Positions 36,984 through 46,971 of a stretch of 64,000 nt of DNA are shown here, in pieces. Below the pieces are notes generated by a model that saw only the letters and a list, made by a program, of their open reading frames with translations, was not told the origin of the DNA and ran no database searches. The translations under genes and the position numbers were made by a program. Position 1 is the first letter of the stretch. The number at the start of each line of letters is the position of its first letter. Origin of the DNA: an uncultured Lachnospiraceae bacterium (GTDB lineage Bacteria > Bacillota > Clostridia > Lachnospirales > Lachnospiraceae); NCBI GenBank assembly GCA_964584155.1, contig CAZOYS010000001.1, positions 23,953 to 87,952 on the forward strand, in the 5' to 3' direction.

Positions 36984-38297
36984 ATGGATGTACTTGATCT
37001 CATCAACAGAAAAAGAAGAAAAGAAGTCCTTACCCGGGATGAAATTGCCTTCCTCGTGGACGGCTATACTGAGGGGCGGATTCCGGACTATCAGATGGCG
37101 GCTTTCCTCATGGCGGTCTGCATAAACGGCATGACGGACGAGGAAACCGTGGCCCTCACTTTTTCCATGAGGGACTCCGGAAAACTCATGGACCTTTCGA
37201 CTATTCCCGGCGTTAAGGTGGACAAGCATTCGACGGGAGGAGTGGGGGACAAGACGACCATATCCCTGATTCCCATCGTTTCCGCGGCCGGTGTGCCCTG
37301 TGCCAAGCTATCGGGCCGGGGACTCGGCTTTACCGGGGGAACGATTGACAAGCTGGAATGTTTTCCGGGCTTTCGGACCGGCCTTTCCGATGAAGAATTC
37401 ACTTCCCAGGTAAAGACAATAGGGGCGGCCATTTCCAGCCAGACAGACGACCTGACCCCGGCGGACCGGAAGATCTATGCCCTTCGGGATACGACCGGGA
37501 CGGTAGAGTCCATTCCCCTGATTGCTTCCTCCATCATGTCGAAGAAGCTGGCCAGCGGGGCCGACCGCATTGTCCTCGACGTGAAAACAGGGGCCGGAGC
37601 CTTTATGAAGACGAGGGAAGACGCCGAAAAGCTGGCCCGTACCATGACATCCCTCGGCAGACTGGCGAAAAGACAGGTCTCATGCTTCATCACCGATATG
37701 AGTGAGCCCCTCGGAAATGCCGTCGGAAATGTCTATGAAGTGATAGAGGCCGTAAAAATGCTCTCCGGTCAAGGGCCGGAGGATTACAGGGAACTTGTCC
37801 TTTCTCTGGCTGCTGAAATGATCTTTATCGGCGGAAAGGCAGAAGACGTAAAAGAGGGCCGCAGACTGGCGGAAAAAGCCATTGAAGACGGCTCTGCCCT
37901 GGAACAGCTATATCGCATGGTGGAAGCCCAGGGCTCCGACAGAAAGTATGTACTGGATACCGGCCTTTTGAGACAGGCTGAAAAGACTTCTGTTTTTGAA
38001 GCTCCCTCTTCCGGTTATATCGAAGGCATACAGGCTGAACTCGTCGGCCGGGCGGAAGCCGCTCTCGGCGGCGGAAGGGAAACTAAGGATGAGAAAATAG
38101 ACCTCTCCGTCGGCATGGTCCTTCTGAAGAAGACCGGGGACCCGGTCGCAAAGGGAGAGCCTCTCATGGAGATTCATTATAATAATGAGGACAAAAAGGA
38201 GGCAGCCCTTGAGCTGATCCGCAAGGCCTATACAATCGGACCGAAATCTCCCGGACAAAAAAACGTCATTCTCATGCGGCCCGGGGACTTCGCCTGA
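36984..38297 (+). CDS. pdp: Pyrimidine-nucleoside (thymidine) phosphorylase
   Basis: VDKHSTGGVGDK motif and a family-typical length of 437 aa. Confidence 0.93.
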   Translation: MDVLDLINRKRRKEVLTRDEIAFLVDGYTEGRIPDYQMAAFLMAVCINGMTDEETVALTFSMRDSGKLMDLSTIPGVKVDKHSTGGVGDKTTISLIPIVSAAGVPCAKLSGRGLGFTGGTIDKLECFPGFRTGLSDEEFTSQVKTIGAAISSQTDDLTPADRKIYALRDTTGTVESIPLIASSIMSKKLASGADRIVLDVKTGAGAFMKTREDAEKLARTMTSLGRLAKRQVSCFITDMSEPLGNAVGNVYEVIEAVKMLSGQGPEDYRELVLSLAAEMIFIGGKAEDVKEGRRLAEKAIEDGSALEQLYRMVEAQGSDRKYVLDTGLLRQAEKTSVFEAPSSGYIEGIQAELVGRAEAALGGGRETKDEKIDLSVGMVLLKKTGDPVAKGEPLMEIHYNNEDKKEAALELIRKAYTIGPKSPGQKNVILMRPGDFA

Positions 38298-38379
38298 ACG
38301 GGGCAGAATAGCAAGTGATACTATTATTTGTAGGGGAAAAGTGTTAAGATACTACAGATTGTGGTTTATATTGTAAGGA

Positions 38380-39399
38380 GTGAAGCTTTCGAATTTGGAT
38401 ACCATACAGACAATTGATATCCCCGCTGAGCACATGAAGAATATCTTCGGGGAACTCGACTCAAATCTGTCCATCATTGAGAAGGCCCTGTCCGTGAATG
38501 TGACGGCCAGGGACGGGGTGGTCCGGATCAACGGGGAAGATGACTCGGCCAGAAAGGCAGTCCGGATTTTCAACGAGCTTCTGTCTCTGTCGGAGAACGG
38601 CACGGTTCTGACGGAGCAGAATGTTTCTTATGCCCTCGATATGGCGGATTCTGCCCACGAAGAGCATGCCTTGCAGAAGATGGATTCCGACATCATCTGC
38701 CATACGGTGAGCGGGAAACCCATCAAGCCGAAGACCCTGGGGCAGAAGGAATATGTCGATGCCATCAGGAACAATATGATCGTTTTCGGCACCGGTCCCG
38801 CCGGCACCGGAAAGACCTATCTTGCCATGTCCCTGGCCTGCTACTATTTCGGCCGGGACGACATGGAAAGGATCATCCTGACCCGGCCGGCCATTGAAGC
38901 CGGGGAGAAGCTTGGCTTCCTTCCCGGAGACCTGCAGTCGAAGGTGGACCCGTATCTGAGGCCCCTCTATGATGCCCTGTATCAGATCATGGGCCAGGAG
39001 GCCTTCCAGAGAAACATGGAAAAGGGCAGTATTGAAGTCGCCCCTCTGGCCTATATGAGAGGCCGTACCCTGGATAATTCCTTCATTATTCTCGATGAGG
39101 CCCAGAATACGACACCGGCCCAGATGAAGATGTTCCTGACCCGTATCGGTTTCGGTTCCAAGGTCGTCATCACAGGCGACCTTACCCAGAAGGACCTGCC
39201 CACAGGCAGTGTGTCCGGTCTGGACATTGCGGAACGGGTACTTGCAAAGGTAGATGAAATCAAGTTCTGTCATCTGACCGGAAAGGATGTCGTCCGGCAT
39301 CCCCTGGTACAGAAGATTGTCAATGCTTATGAAGAATACGAAAACAAACAGGCTGCCCGCCTCAGGAGGGACAGTGCCGGAAAGGGCCGGAGAAAATAA
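38380..39399 (+). CDS. phoH: PhoH-family ATPase
   Basis: Walker A GPAGTGKT and the ILDEAQN motif. The start is uncertain: the AAGGAG SD abuts the GTG at 38380, so TTG at 38395 or ATG at 38434 are alternatives. Confidence 0.9.
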   Translation: MKLSNLDTIQTIDIPAEHMKNIFGELDSNLSIIEKALSVNVTARDGVVRINGEDDSARKAVRIFNELLSLSENGTVLTEQNVSYALDMADSAHEEHALQKMDSDIICHTVSGKPIKPKTLGQKEYVDAIRNNMIVFGTGPAGTGKTYLAMSLACYYFGRDDMERIILTRPAIEAGEKLGFLPGDLQSKVDPYLRPLYDALYQIMGQEAFQRNMEKGSIEVAPLAYMRGRTLDNSFIILDEAQNTTPAQMKMFLTRIGFGSKVVITGDLTQKDLPTGSVSGLDIAERVLAKVDEIKFCHLTGKDVVRHPLVQKIVNAYEEYENKQAARLRRDSAGKGRRK

Positions 39400-40579
39400 G
39401 ATTTCCGTCCGCCGGCTGTCTTCGATGTTCTTCTGCATCGTGATATTTGCCGCAGGCGTCTTTCTCCTTTCCTACAGGGAAAGTCTGCTTCTGGATGAAG
39501 AAATCTGTCTGTCCGCCCTGACGGTGATCTTCCTGACGGTCTTTATCCTGAACCTCCGGCATGACAGGCTTACGGACAGACTTTCTTTCAACGGGACAAG
39601 CTACCGCAAGTTCATAGTCGTTTTTGCCGTCTGTTTCGGCCTCCTGATGGCCGGCACTTACATGCCGGATTTCTTCTTCCCGATTCTGATTGTGAGCTTT
39701 CTGCTGACGTCGGTCATGGACGGGAAGCTGTCCATAGCCATGAGTATTTATTTTGCATGCGTCTTTTCCATTGCGGAAGGGGCCGGCATATATATGCTCC
39801 TCTGCTATGTGGTGCTGGGCTGTCTCGGGGCCTTGATCGCAGACTATTTCAAGGATGAAAGGCTGTCTGTATTTACAGGCCTCATAGTTTTCTGTATCGC
39901 TGTATTTGTCCCGGCCGTTTTTCAGTACCTGTCCTATAAGTCCCTGACAGTTGCCTTTTTGAAGGATGCCTTTGCTTCGGGGCTTGTGTCGGCCCTGACA
40001 GCCTGGATTCTCTTTCCTATCCTTGTGAAGTTCGACAGGAGGGAGCCCTCATCGGTATATGAAACCCTGCTGGATCCGGATTACTCCCTGGCCCAGGACA
40101 TACGGCGCTATTCCCTGGCCGAGTATGAGCATGCAAAGAGGGTATCTTTGGCTTCGGGGGCCTGTGCCCGCCTCGTCGGGGCAAAAGTGCTGACGGCTTC
40201 CTGCGCCGGCATGTATTACCGCCTGGGCGTCATGGCCGGGGAACCTGTTGTGGCAAACGGGGTCCGTCAGGCCGTGGACAACTGCTTCCCGACGGATGTC
40301 ATAAGGATTCTGGCCGAATATCAGGGCTTGGAGCAGAAGCCGTCCACGGTGGAATCCGCCATTGTCCACATGACGGACGCCATCATTACGAAGCTGGAGG
40401 TTCTGGATTCGGATACCTTTACGACAGACTGGAACCAGTCCATGGTCATCTATCAGACCCTGAATGAGCTTTCTGCCCAGGGAACCTATGATGACTCCGG
40501 CCTGGCCATAAATCAGTTCCTTCGCATCCGGGACTTTCTGGCAGAGAAGGACCTATTGGCCAGCACATCTTTGAATTGA
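39374..40579 (+). CDS. 7TM PgpH-like membrane protein with a degenerate HD domain
   Basis: It occupies the canonical phoH-pgpH-ybeY position and has about 7 hydrophobic helices. The C-terminal region aligns by eye to the PgpH HD domain, but HD is replaced by YR and HHG by YQG. The start is either GTG at 39374 or ATG at 39425. Confidence 0.65.
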   Translation: MPERAGENKISVRRLSSMFFCIVIFAAGVFLLSYRESLLLDEEICLSALTVIFLTVFILNLRHDRLTDRLSFNGTSYRKFIVVFAVCFGLLMAGTYMPDFFFPILIVSFLLTSVMDGKLSIAMSIYFACVFSIAEGAGIYMLLCYVVLGCLGALIADYFKDERLSVFTGLIVFCIAVFVPAVFQYLSYKSLTVAFLKDAFASGLVSALTAWILFPILVKFDRREPSSVYETLLDPDYSLAQDIRRYSLAEYEHAKRVSLASGACARLVGAKVLTASCAGMYYRLGVMAGEPVVANGVRQAVDNCFPTDVIRILAEYQGLEQKPSTVESAIVHMTDAIITKLEVLDSDTFTTDWNQSMVIYQTLNELSAQGTYDDSGLAINQFLRIRDFLAEKDLLASTSLN

Positions 40580-40587
40580 GGAAAGGC

Positions 40588-41085
40588 ATGAGCGTTCTTT
40601 TTACGGATGAGTGTGAAGAAGACTTGGGGTTTGACCTTTTGAAAATCGCGGAGGATACCGTGAATGCGGCTCTTTCCGTTGAAGGCTTTACAGAACCTGC
40701 CGAAGTCTCCGTGACGCTGACCACAGCTGATGAAGTGCATGAACTGAACCGGCAGTTCCGGAACGTGGACGCGACGACGGATGTCCTTTCCTTCCCGCTT
40801 CTTTCGTTTGCTCCGAAAGAGAGCTATGCCGGGTATGATTTTTCGGAGGATGTCGATCCCGATACGGGGGAAGTGCCTCTGGGGGATATCGTACTCAATA
40901 TTTCCAGAGTGAAATCCCAGGCAGAAGAGTACGGTCATTCCGTCAAAAGGGAATATGCCTTTCTCATCTGTCACTCCATGCTCCACCTTCTGGGGTATGA
41001 CCACATGGAGGAGGATGAGAGAGAGGCCATGGAAACGGAACAGAGAAAAATAATGGATGCCCTGGGTATCACCAGGGAGGACTGA
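40588..41085 (+). CDS. ybeY: rRNA maturation RNase YbeY
   Basis: HSMLHLLGYDH zinc-binding motif. The ATG at 40588 has a GAGGAAAGG SD. Confidence 0.95.
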   Translation: MSVLFTDECEEDLGFDLLKIAEDTVNAALSVEGFTEPAEVSVTLTTADEVHELNRQFRNVDATTDVLSFPLLSFAPKESYAGYDFSEDVDPDTGEVPLGDIVLNISRVKSQAEEYGHSVKREYAFLICHSMLHLLGYDHMEEDEREAMETEQRKIMDALGITRED

Positions 41086-41098
41086 GGGGGAGCTGACC

Positions 41099-42241
41099 TT
41101 GTCGAAGAAGCAGAAGATCCTGATCGGGGCCCTGGCCGGCATACTGGCCGTACTGGTAATAATTTTTGCCCTGTACAGCCGCTACGCGAAAAAGAAGCTG
41201 GCCGAGGAAGAAGCAGCGGCAAAGGAAGAGCCGACTGTTACTGAAATCGTGGAAGAAGAGCAGAAGGAAGAGGCACAGGAGCCGGAAGAAATCTCGGTAC
41301 CCACAGGCCCGGCCTCTGTTCTGACCGGCCTTCCCCTGGAGCACACGGATGCCGAGAACCGCCGCCTTATCGCCGTCATGATTGAGAACACGAAGGCGGC
41401 TCTTCCCCATGCCGGAATCAACCGGGCGGGCGTCATCTACGAGTGCCCCATGGAAGGCGGCATTTCCCGCTTCATGGCCGTTTACGACGACTACGACGGA
41501 CTCGACATCATCGGGAATATCCGGTCCTGCCGGCCGTATTTCGCCTATCTGGCAGCTGAATACGATGCGGTCTATCTCCATTTCGGCCAGTCCGTCCAGG
41601 GCCGGGCCGTTCTGGACACGGGCATTGTCGATGAATTAAACGGTCTGGACGGCTCCATTGAAAGCCAGGTCTTTTTCCGGACTTCTGACCGCAAGGCTCC
41701 CCACAATTCCTTCGCCTCGGCGGCCGGAATAGCTGCCGGAATAGCGAAGAAAGGCTTTGACACGAAAAACACCGCGGCAAACCATTTTCAGTTTTCCGAC
41801 TTCGGCAACTCCCTGCCGGGCGGGACGGACTGCAAAGCCCTGACTGTCTACTATCCTAACGGGATGCCGTACTTCATCTACGATGATGAGACGAAGACCT
41901 ATAAGCGTTACGAGTTTTCGGCACCCGAGACGGATTCCGTGGACGGACAGCAGCTTGCGGTAACGAATATTATTATAGAGCAGGTCCCCGTATCAAACTA
42001 CGAGGGATATGAGTATCTGAATATCCCGATTACGGGAAGCGGGACCGGGAAGTTCATCTCAAACGGCCGTATGATCGACATCACATGGTCCAAGACCGGA
42101 AATTCCGACATCACGCATTACTACATGCCGGACGGCAGCGAGATTTCCCTGAATCCGGGCAAGACCTGGATCTGTCTCGAAAGTTCAAACGCCTGCGGGA
42201 AGAATACATATTTTGCAACCCAGGCAGAACTTCAGAAATAG
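41099..42241 (+). CDS. DUF3048 (YerB-like) domain protein with an N-terminal membrane anchor
   Basis: RLIAVMIENTKAALPHAGINRAGVIYECPMEGGISRFMAVY matches DUF3048, from memory. I prefer the TTG at 41099, which has a GAGGGGGAG SD and avoids overlap with ybeY. Confidence 0.75.
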   Translation: MSKKQKILIGALAGILAVLVIIFALYSRYAKKKLAEEEAAAKEEPTVTEIVEEEQKEEAQEPEEISVPTGPASVLTGLPLEHTDAENRRLIAVMIENTKAALPHAGINRAGVIYECPMEGGISRFMAVYDDYDGLDIIGNIRSCRPYFAYLAAEYDAVYLHFGQSVQGRAVLDTGIVDELNGLDGSIESQVFFRTSDRKAPHNSFASAAGIAAGIAKKGFDTKNTAANHFQFSDFGNSLPGGTDCKALTVYYPNGMPYFIYDDETKTYKRYEFSAPETDSVDGQQLAVTNIIIEQVPVSNYEGYEYLNIPITGSGTGKFISNGRMIDITWSKTGNSDITHYYMPDGSEISLNPGKTWICLESSNACGKNTYFATQAELQK

Positions 42242-42257
42242 GATTTTTGTTTAAGGC

Positions 42258-43910
42258 ATGGCAAGTACGAAAAAAAGCGATTCCGCCTTTCTGGTCCAGG
42301 GCTCGATCCTGGCGGTGGCCTCCATCATCAGCCGGATCATAGGCCTTGTGTACCGGATTCCCCTGACGGCCATCATCGGAAAGACCGGCAATGACTACTA
42401 CGGAACCGCGTTTGAAATCTACAATATCATCCTGATCATATCAAGCTACAGCATCCCCTTGGCGGTCTCAAAGCTCGTCGCGGGAAGGCTCGCTGCCGGC
42501 GAGCGGAAGAATATGATGAAGGTCCTCAAGGGCTCTCTGGTCTTTGCCGTTGTGTCCGGCGGTACGGCCTGCCTCATCGTCTGGTTCTGCGCCGACATTT
42601 TCACGGGCTGGCTCAAGACCCCCTATGCGGCGCCGGCCCTCCGGGTTCTGGCTCCCGTCATCTTCATCGTGGCCATTCTCGGTGTCTTCCGTGGTTTCTT
42701 CCAGGGTATGGGCACCATGGTGCCGACGGCGGTTTCCCAGGTGGCCGAGCAGATCACGAATGCCATCGTCAGCATTGTCGCCGCCTATTCCCTTTTCGCC
42801 TACGGCTCGAAGGTCGGGGCGGTACTCGGGAACGAAAAGCAGGTGGCAGCCTCCTACGGGGCGGCCGGCGGAACGCTGGGCACGGCCTGCGGGGCAGGTA
42901 TTGCCCTTCTTTTCATGCTCTTTGTCTTCGCCCTTTTTTACCGCCGCTATAAGCCGAAGATAATCCGGGACCATACGGTAAACCATGCCGGCTACGGGCA
43001 GATCATGAAGACCCTGGTCTTCACCATCGTGCCGGTGCTTCTGTCCACGACCATCTACAACGTAAGCTCCATCATAGATCAGACCATTTTCAAAAATATC
43101 GCCGTGGCCCAGGCCTATGAGGCCGGTACGATTTCCGAATGGTGGGGCGTCTATACAGGGCAGTTCAAGGTTCTCATAAATGTGCCGATTTCCATTGCTT
43201 CGGCCATGGCGGCATCAGCCGTGCCGACGCTGACAAGGGCCTATAAGGCAGGCGATATGAAGCTCTGCCGGCGGCAGATTCACTCGGCAACCCGTTTCAC
43301 CATGCTGATTGCCTTCCCCTGTGCCTTCGGCCTCATGGCTTTGGGCGGCCCCATTATGATGCTGCTGTTTTCCGACCCCGATACCACTTCGAAGACCATG
43401 ATGACGGTCGGGGCCTGCTCCGTGATTTTCTTCTCCCTGTCGACGCTTTCAAACGGCCTGCTGCAGGGTATTGACCGCCTGCGGATTCCCGTCCGGAACG
43501 CTGCGATTTCCCTTGTGGCCCAGGCCCTCTTTCTCGTTTTTCTGATGCGGCAGTTCCATCTCAATATCTACGCCGTCATCATTGCAAATGCCTTCTACGC
43601 CCTTCTGATGTGCATCTTAAATGGCATTGCCGTGAGAAGGTACAGCGGGACGAAGCAGGACATCAATACGACCTACATTGAGCCCCTGATTGCATCAGCC
43701 GTCATGGCTGTGGCGGTCTGGCTCATATACACCGGCCTTCACGCCCTGACTCGTTCGAACGCGATTTCCTGCATCATCGCCATTCTGGCCGGAATGCTTA
43801 TCTATCTGCTTCTTCTGCTCGTGACCCATTCCGTCACGGAGGAGGAACTCCTGAAGCTGCCCAAGGGGGCGGCTCTGGTCCGGATCATCAAGAAGACCGG
43901 CCTTTTATAG
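42258..43910 (+). CDS. murJ: MOP-superfamily flippase (MurJ/SpoVB-like polysaccharide biosynthesis protein)
   Basis: About 14 TM helices and the N-terminal GSILAVASIISRIIGLVYRIPL motif typical of this family. I cannot tell whether it is MurJ or SpoVB. Confidence 0.8.
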   Translation: MASTKKSDSAFLVQGSILAVASIISRIIGLVYRIPLTAIIGKTGNDYYGTAFEIYNIILIISSYSIPLAVSKLVAGRLAAGERKNMMKVLKGSLVFAVVSGGTACLIVWFCADIFTGWLKTPYAAPALRVLAPVIFIVAILGVFRGFFQGMGTMVPTAVSQVAEQITNAIVSIVAAYSLFAYGSKVGAVLGNEKQVAASYGAAGGTLGTACGAGIALLFMLFVFALFYRRYKPKIIRDHTVNHAGYGQIMKTLVFTIVPVLLSTTIYNVSSIIDQTIFKNIAVAQAYEAGTISEWWGVYTGQFKVLINVPISIASAMAASAVPTLTRAYKAGDMKLCRRQIHSATRFTMLIAFPCAFGLMALGGPIMMLLFSDPDTTSKTMMTVGACSVIFFSLSTLSNGLLQGIDRLRIPVRNAAISLVAQALFLVFLMRQFHLNIYAVIIANAFYALLMCILNGIAVRRYSGTKQDINTTYIEPLIASAVMAVAVWLIYTGLHALTRSNAISCIIAILAGMLIYLLLLLVTHSVTEEELLKLPKGAALVRIIKKTGLL

Positions 43911-43914
43911 ACTT

Positions 43915-45255
43915 ATGACTAATGTAAAACCCTGTGATATTCTCGTTGTCGGGGGAGGGGCGGCAGGCCTTGCAGCTGCTCTGACAGTGGCCCGGGAAGG
44001 ACTTTCCGTCTGTCTCATCGAGAAAAATGACCGCTGCGGGAAAAAACTTTCCCAGACCGGGAACGGCCGCTGCAACTACACAAACAGGACCATTGATGTC
44101 TCCGGGTACAACAGTGACTCTCCCGAGACCGTAGAAGCCGTCCTTTCGTCTTTCGGCTGGCAGGACACCGTGTCCTTCTTTGAGGATCTCGGCATTGTGC
44201 CTTCCTTCCGGGAGGAGTACTGTTATCCCGCTTCCGGTGAGGCAAGGTCGTTTGCCGATCTGCTCGTCGCAGCCGCGGCAGATGCGGGAGCGGAGATTTT
44301 CACGTCGCGCACCTTGACGGAGATCAGGGAAAGTCCTGACGGCTTTCTGGTCTGCACGGAAGCCTCCAAAGAGCAGTCCGACGGAAAGAAAGGTCCTTCC
44401 GGCAAGAAGGCCGCATCCAAAGTGTCCGGCAAAACTTCCGGACAGAGCCTTTCTTCCGATTCCATGAAATTTTCCTGCCGGAATCTGATTCTTGCTGCCG
44501 GAGGAGCTGCTGCCCCGAAGACAGGCTCTGTCGGAGACGGATACGGCTGGCTTGAGGAGTACAAACTTCCTGTGATACCCCCCTTGCCGGCCCTGACCTC
44601 CCTGCAGCTGGGGAAACCTTATGATTCTTCCCTTTTCGGGATTCGTACTCACGGAAAAGTATCGGCCCGGGCAGAGGGAAAGATCCTTTCCGAAGACACG
44701 GGAGAGGTTCAGTTTACAAAAGAGGGCCTTTCCGGAATCCCCGTCATGAATGTAAGCAGCCGGGCCGTGAGAGCACTTGACTCCGGGAAGCGGGTGGAGA
44801 TTGTTCTTAACCTCTTTCCCGAAGGAATGTCGGCGGATACATTATTCTCAATCGTGAAAAAAAGCAGCCCGGAGAGGGCGGCATCCATGGCTCTGACCGG
44901 CCTCTTGTCCTATAAATCCGTTCCTTTTTTCCTTGGCCGGGCCGGTCTGAAAAAAGACCTTCGCGTCGGTGATTTTAAGGAAAAGGATGCAGAAAAACTT
45001 CTTACAGCCCTGACGGAGCTTACGTTTCCGGTCACAGGCTATGCAGGCTTTGACAGGGCCCAGATCACGTCGGGCGGTCTTTCCCTTAAGTCTGTTTCGG
45101 CGGATACAATGGAAGTGAAGGGACACCCGGGACTATATGTCATCGGGGAACTATTGAACTGTGACGGCCGCTGCGGAGGCTATAACCTCCAGTGGGCCTT
45201 TGCCACCGGCGTCATTGCAGGCCGGGCGGCAGCTTCGAAAGGAAAACTATGCTGA
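43915..45255 (+). CDS. HI0933/BaiN-like NAD(P)/FAD-dependent oxidoreductase
   Basis: DILVVGGGAAGL dinucleotide-binding motif, the GNGRCNYTN motif, and the C-terminal GGYNLQWAFATG motif. Confidence 0.85.
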   Translation: MTNVKPCDILVVGGGAAGLAAALTVAREGLSVCLIEKNDRCGKKLSQTGNGRCNYTNRTIDVSGYNSDSPETVEAVLSSFGWQDTVSFFEDLGIVPSFREEYCYPASGEARSFADLLVAAAADAGAEIFTSRTLTEIRESPDGFLVCTEASKEQSDGKKGPSGKKAASKVSGKTSGQSLSSDSMKFSCRNLILAAGGAAAPKTGSVGDGYGWLEEYKLPVIPPLPALTSLQLGKPYDSSLFGIRTHGKVSARAEGKILSEDTGEVQFTKEGLSGIPVMNVSSRAVRALDSGKRVEIVLNLFPEGMSADTLFSIVKKSSPERAASMALTGLLSYKSVPFFLGRAGLKKDLRVGDFKEKDAEKLLTALTELTFPVTGYAGFDRAQITSGGLSLKSVSADTMEVKGHPGLYVIGELLNCDGRCGGYNLQWAFATGVIAGRAAASKGKLC

Positions 45256-46874
45256 TACTCAGACAGGTGAAGATCCCCCTGTCTTTTTTTGCGGAAGACG
45301 AAGAAGACGGGATCAGAAGCTTCATAGCGGACGCCATCCCCTGCAATGCGCGGGATATCAAGGAAATAAGGATTCTGAAGAAGTCCGTCGATGCGAGAAA
45401 AAAGCCGAACATTTTCTTCAGCTATACCCTTTCTGTCTCTTTTGCCGCGGAAAATGCGATTCTGAAGAAGCACCCGAAGAAGCATATCGAAATAGAGAGG
45501 CCGAAAAATACGGTCTATACCCTGCCAGGGAAGGCCCCGGCCGGCCTTACGGAGCGCCCTCTGATTATCGGATACGGGCCGGCCGGCCTTTTCGCTGCCT
45601 ACCTTCTGGCTGTCTGCGGCTATGCTCCTGTTATCTTCGAGCGGGGCAGTGCAGTGAAAGAGCGGACGAAGGCCGTTGACACCTTCTTTTCCAAGGGCAT
45701 GCTTTCCGAACGCACGAATGTCTGCTTCGGGGAAGGCGGGGCCGGTACATTTTCCGACGGGAAGCTGAATACGCTCACGAAAGACCGCTTCGGCCGCCAG
45801 CAGTTCGTCCTCGATACCTTCTATAAGTTCGGGGCCGACGCAAATATCACATATGACGCCAAGCCCCATATAGGGACAGACCGGCTGCGGGAAATTCTCC
45901 CCCGTATGCGGAGGGCGATAGAAGACTTAGGCGGGGAATTCCATTTCGAGACGGAAATCACCGGACTTAAGACGGAAGAAAATTCTTCCGGGGAAAAAAG
46001 GCTTTGCGCAGTTGAGACGGAAGAGGGAAAAGTTTATTCTTCCCACTATGTCCTCCTTGCCATTGGCCACAGTGCCCGGGATACAATCCGGACCCTTTAC
46101 GGACAGGGCATCTCCATGCGGGGCCAGGAATTTGCCGTGGGGCTTCGGATCGAGCATCCCCAGGAGTGGCTGGATCAGGCCCAGTTCGGCCTTTCCCACC
46201 CCCTGCTTCCCAGAGCGGACTATAAGCTTGCCGGCAAGGCTTCATCCGGCCGGGGCGTCTGGACCTTCTGCATGTGTCCGGGCGGCATGGTCGTAAACTC
46301 ATCCAGTGAACAGGGGCAGCTTTCCGTCAACGGGATGAGCTCCCGCCTCAGGGACGGAAAGAACTGCAACAGCGCTGTCATTGCCCATGTGGGAGAGGGG
46401 GACTTTGACGTCACGGATCCCCTGGCCGGCATCGCCTTTCAGGAGGCCCTTGAAAAGAGGGCTTTTTCACTCTGCGGGGGAAAAATTCCCCAGCAGCTCT
46501 TTTCGGACTTCAAAGAGGGAAGGGCTTCTTCTTCCTATGGGGCCTTTTCCTCGGATACCGGCGGGCTTCATGAATTCGGGAGACTGGATACCATATTTTC
46601 TCCCGGACTGAAAGAAGCCCTTGCGGAAGGCATCGATGAATTCGGACAGAAAATCAGGGGCTTTGACCGGGAGGACGCCATCCTGTCCGGGGTGGAAAGC
46701 CGGACTTCCTCACCGGTCCATATCAACCGGGAAGAGGACTTTCAGTCTCCCTCCCTCCGGGGCCTCTACCCCTGCGGGGAAGGGGCAGGCTACGCGGGAG
46801 GCATCATGTCCGCAGCTGTAGACGGTCTCCGCTGTGCCGAACGAATCGCACAGGATATGCTTGACCGGGTATAA
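45249..46874 (+). CDS. FAD-dependent protein (COG2509-like)
   Basis: IIGYGPAGLFAA dinucleotide motif, KKSVDARKK N-domain and CGEGAGYAGGI C-terminal motif. The ATG at 45249 overlaps the upstream stop by 7 nt. Confidence 0.8.
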   Translation: MLILRQVKIPLSFFAEDEEDGIRSFIADAIPCNARDIKEIRILKKSVDARKKPNIFFSYTLSVSFAAENAILKKHPKKHIEIERPKNTVYTLPGKAPAGLTERPLIIGYGPAGLFAAYLLAVCGYAPVIFERGSAVKERTKAVDTFFSKGMLSERTNVCFGEGGAGTFSDGKLNTLTKDRFGRQQFVLDTFYKFGADANITYDAKPHIGTDRLREILPRMRRAIEDLGGEFHFETEITGLKTEENSSGEKRLCAVETEEGKVYSSHYVLLAIGHSARDTIRTLYGQGISMRGQEFAVGLRIEHPQEWLDQAQFGLSHPLLPRADYKLAGKASSGRGVWTFCMCPGGMVVNSSSEQGQLSVNGMSSRLRDGKNCNSAVIAHVGEGDFDVTDPLAGIAFQEALEKRAFSLCGGKIPQQLFSDFKEGRASSSYGAFSSDTGGLHEFGRLDTIFSPGLKEALAEGIDEFGQKIRGFDREDAILSGVESRTSSPVHINREEDFQSPSLRGLYPCGEGAGYAGGIMSAAVDGLRCAERIAQDMLDRV

Positions 46875-46971
46875 TTTTTCTCCTTGACTGAAATTCAACT
46901 GAGCGGAACAAAGAGAAAAAATACCTGCCTTGGTCAAAATTTCTCTATTTGCAGGAAAACGCAGAAATTAC

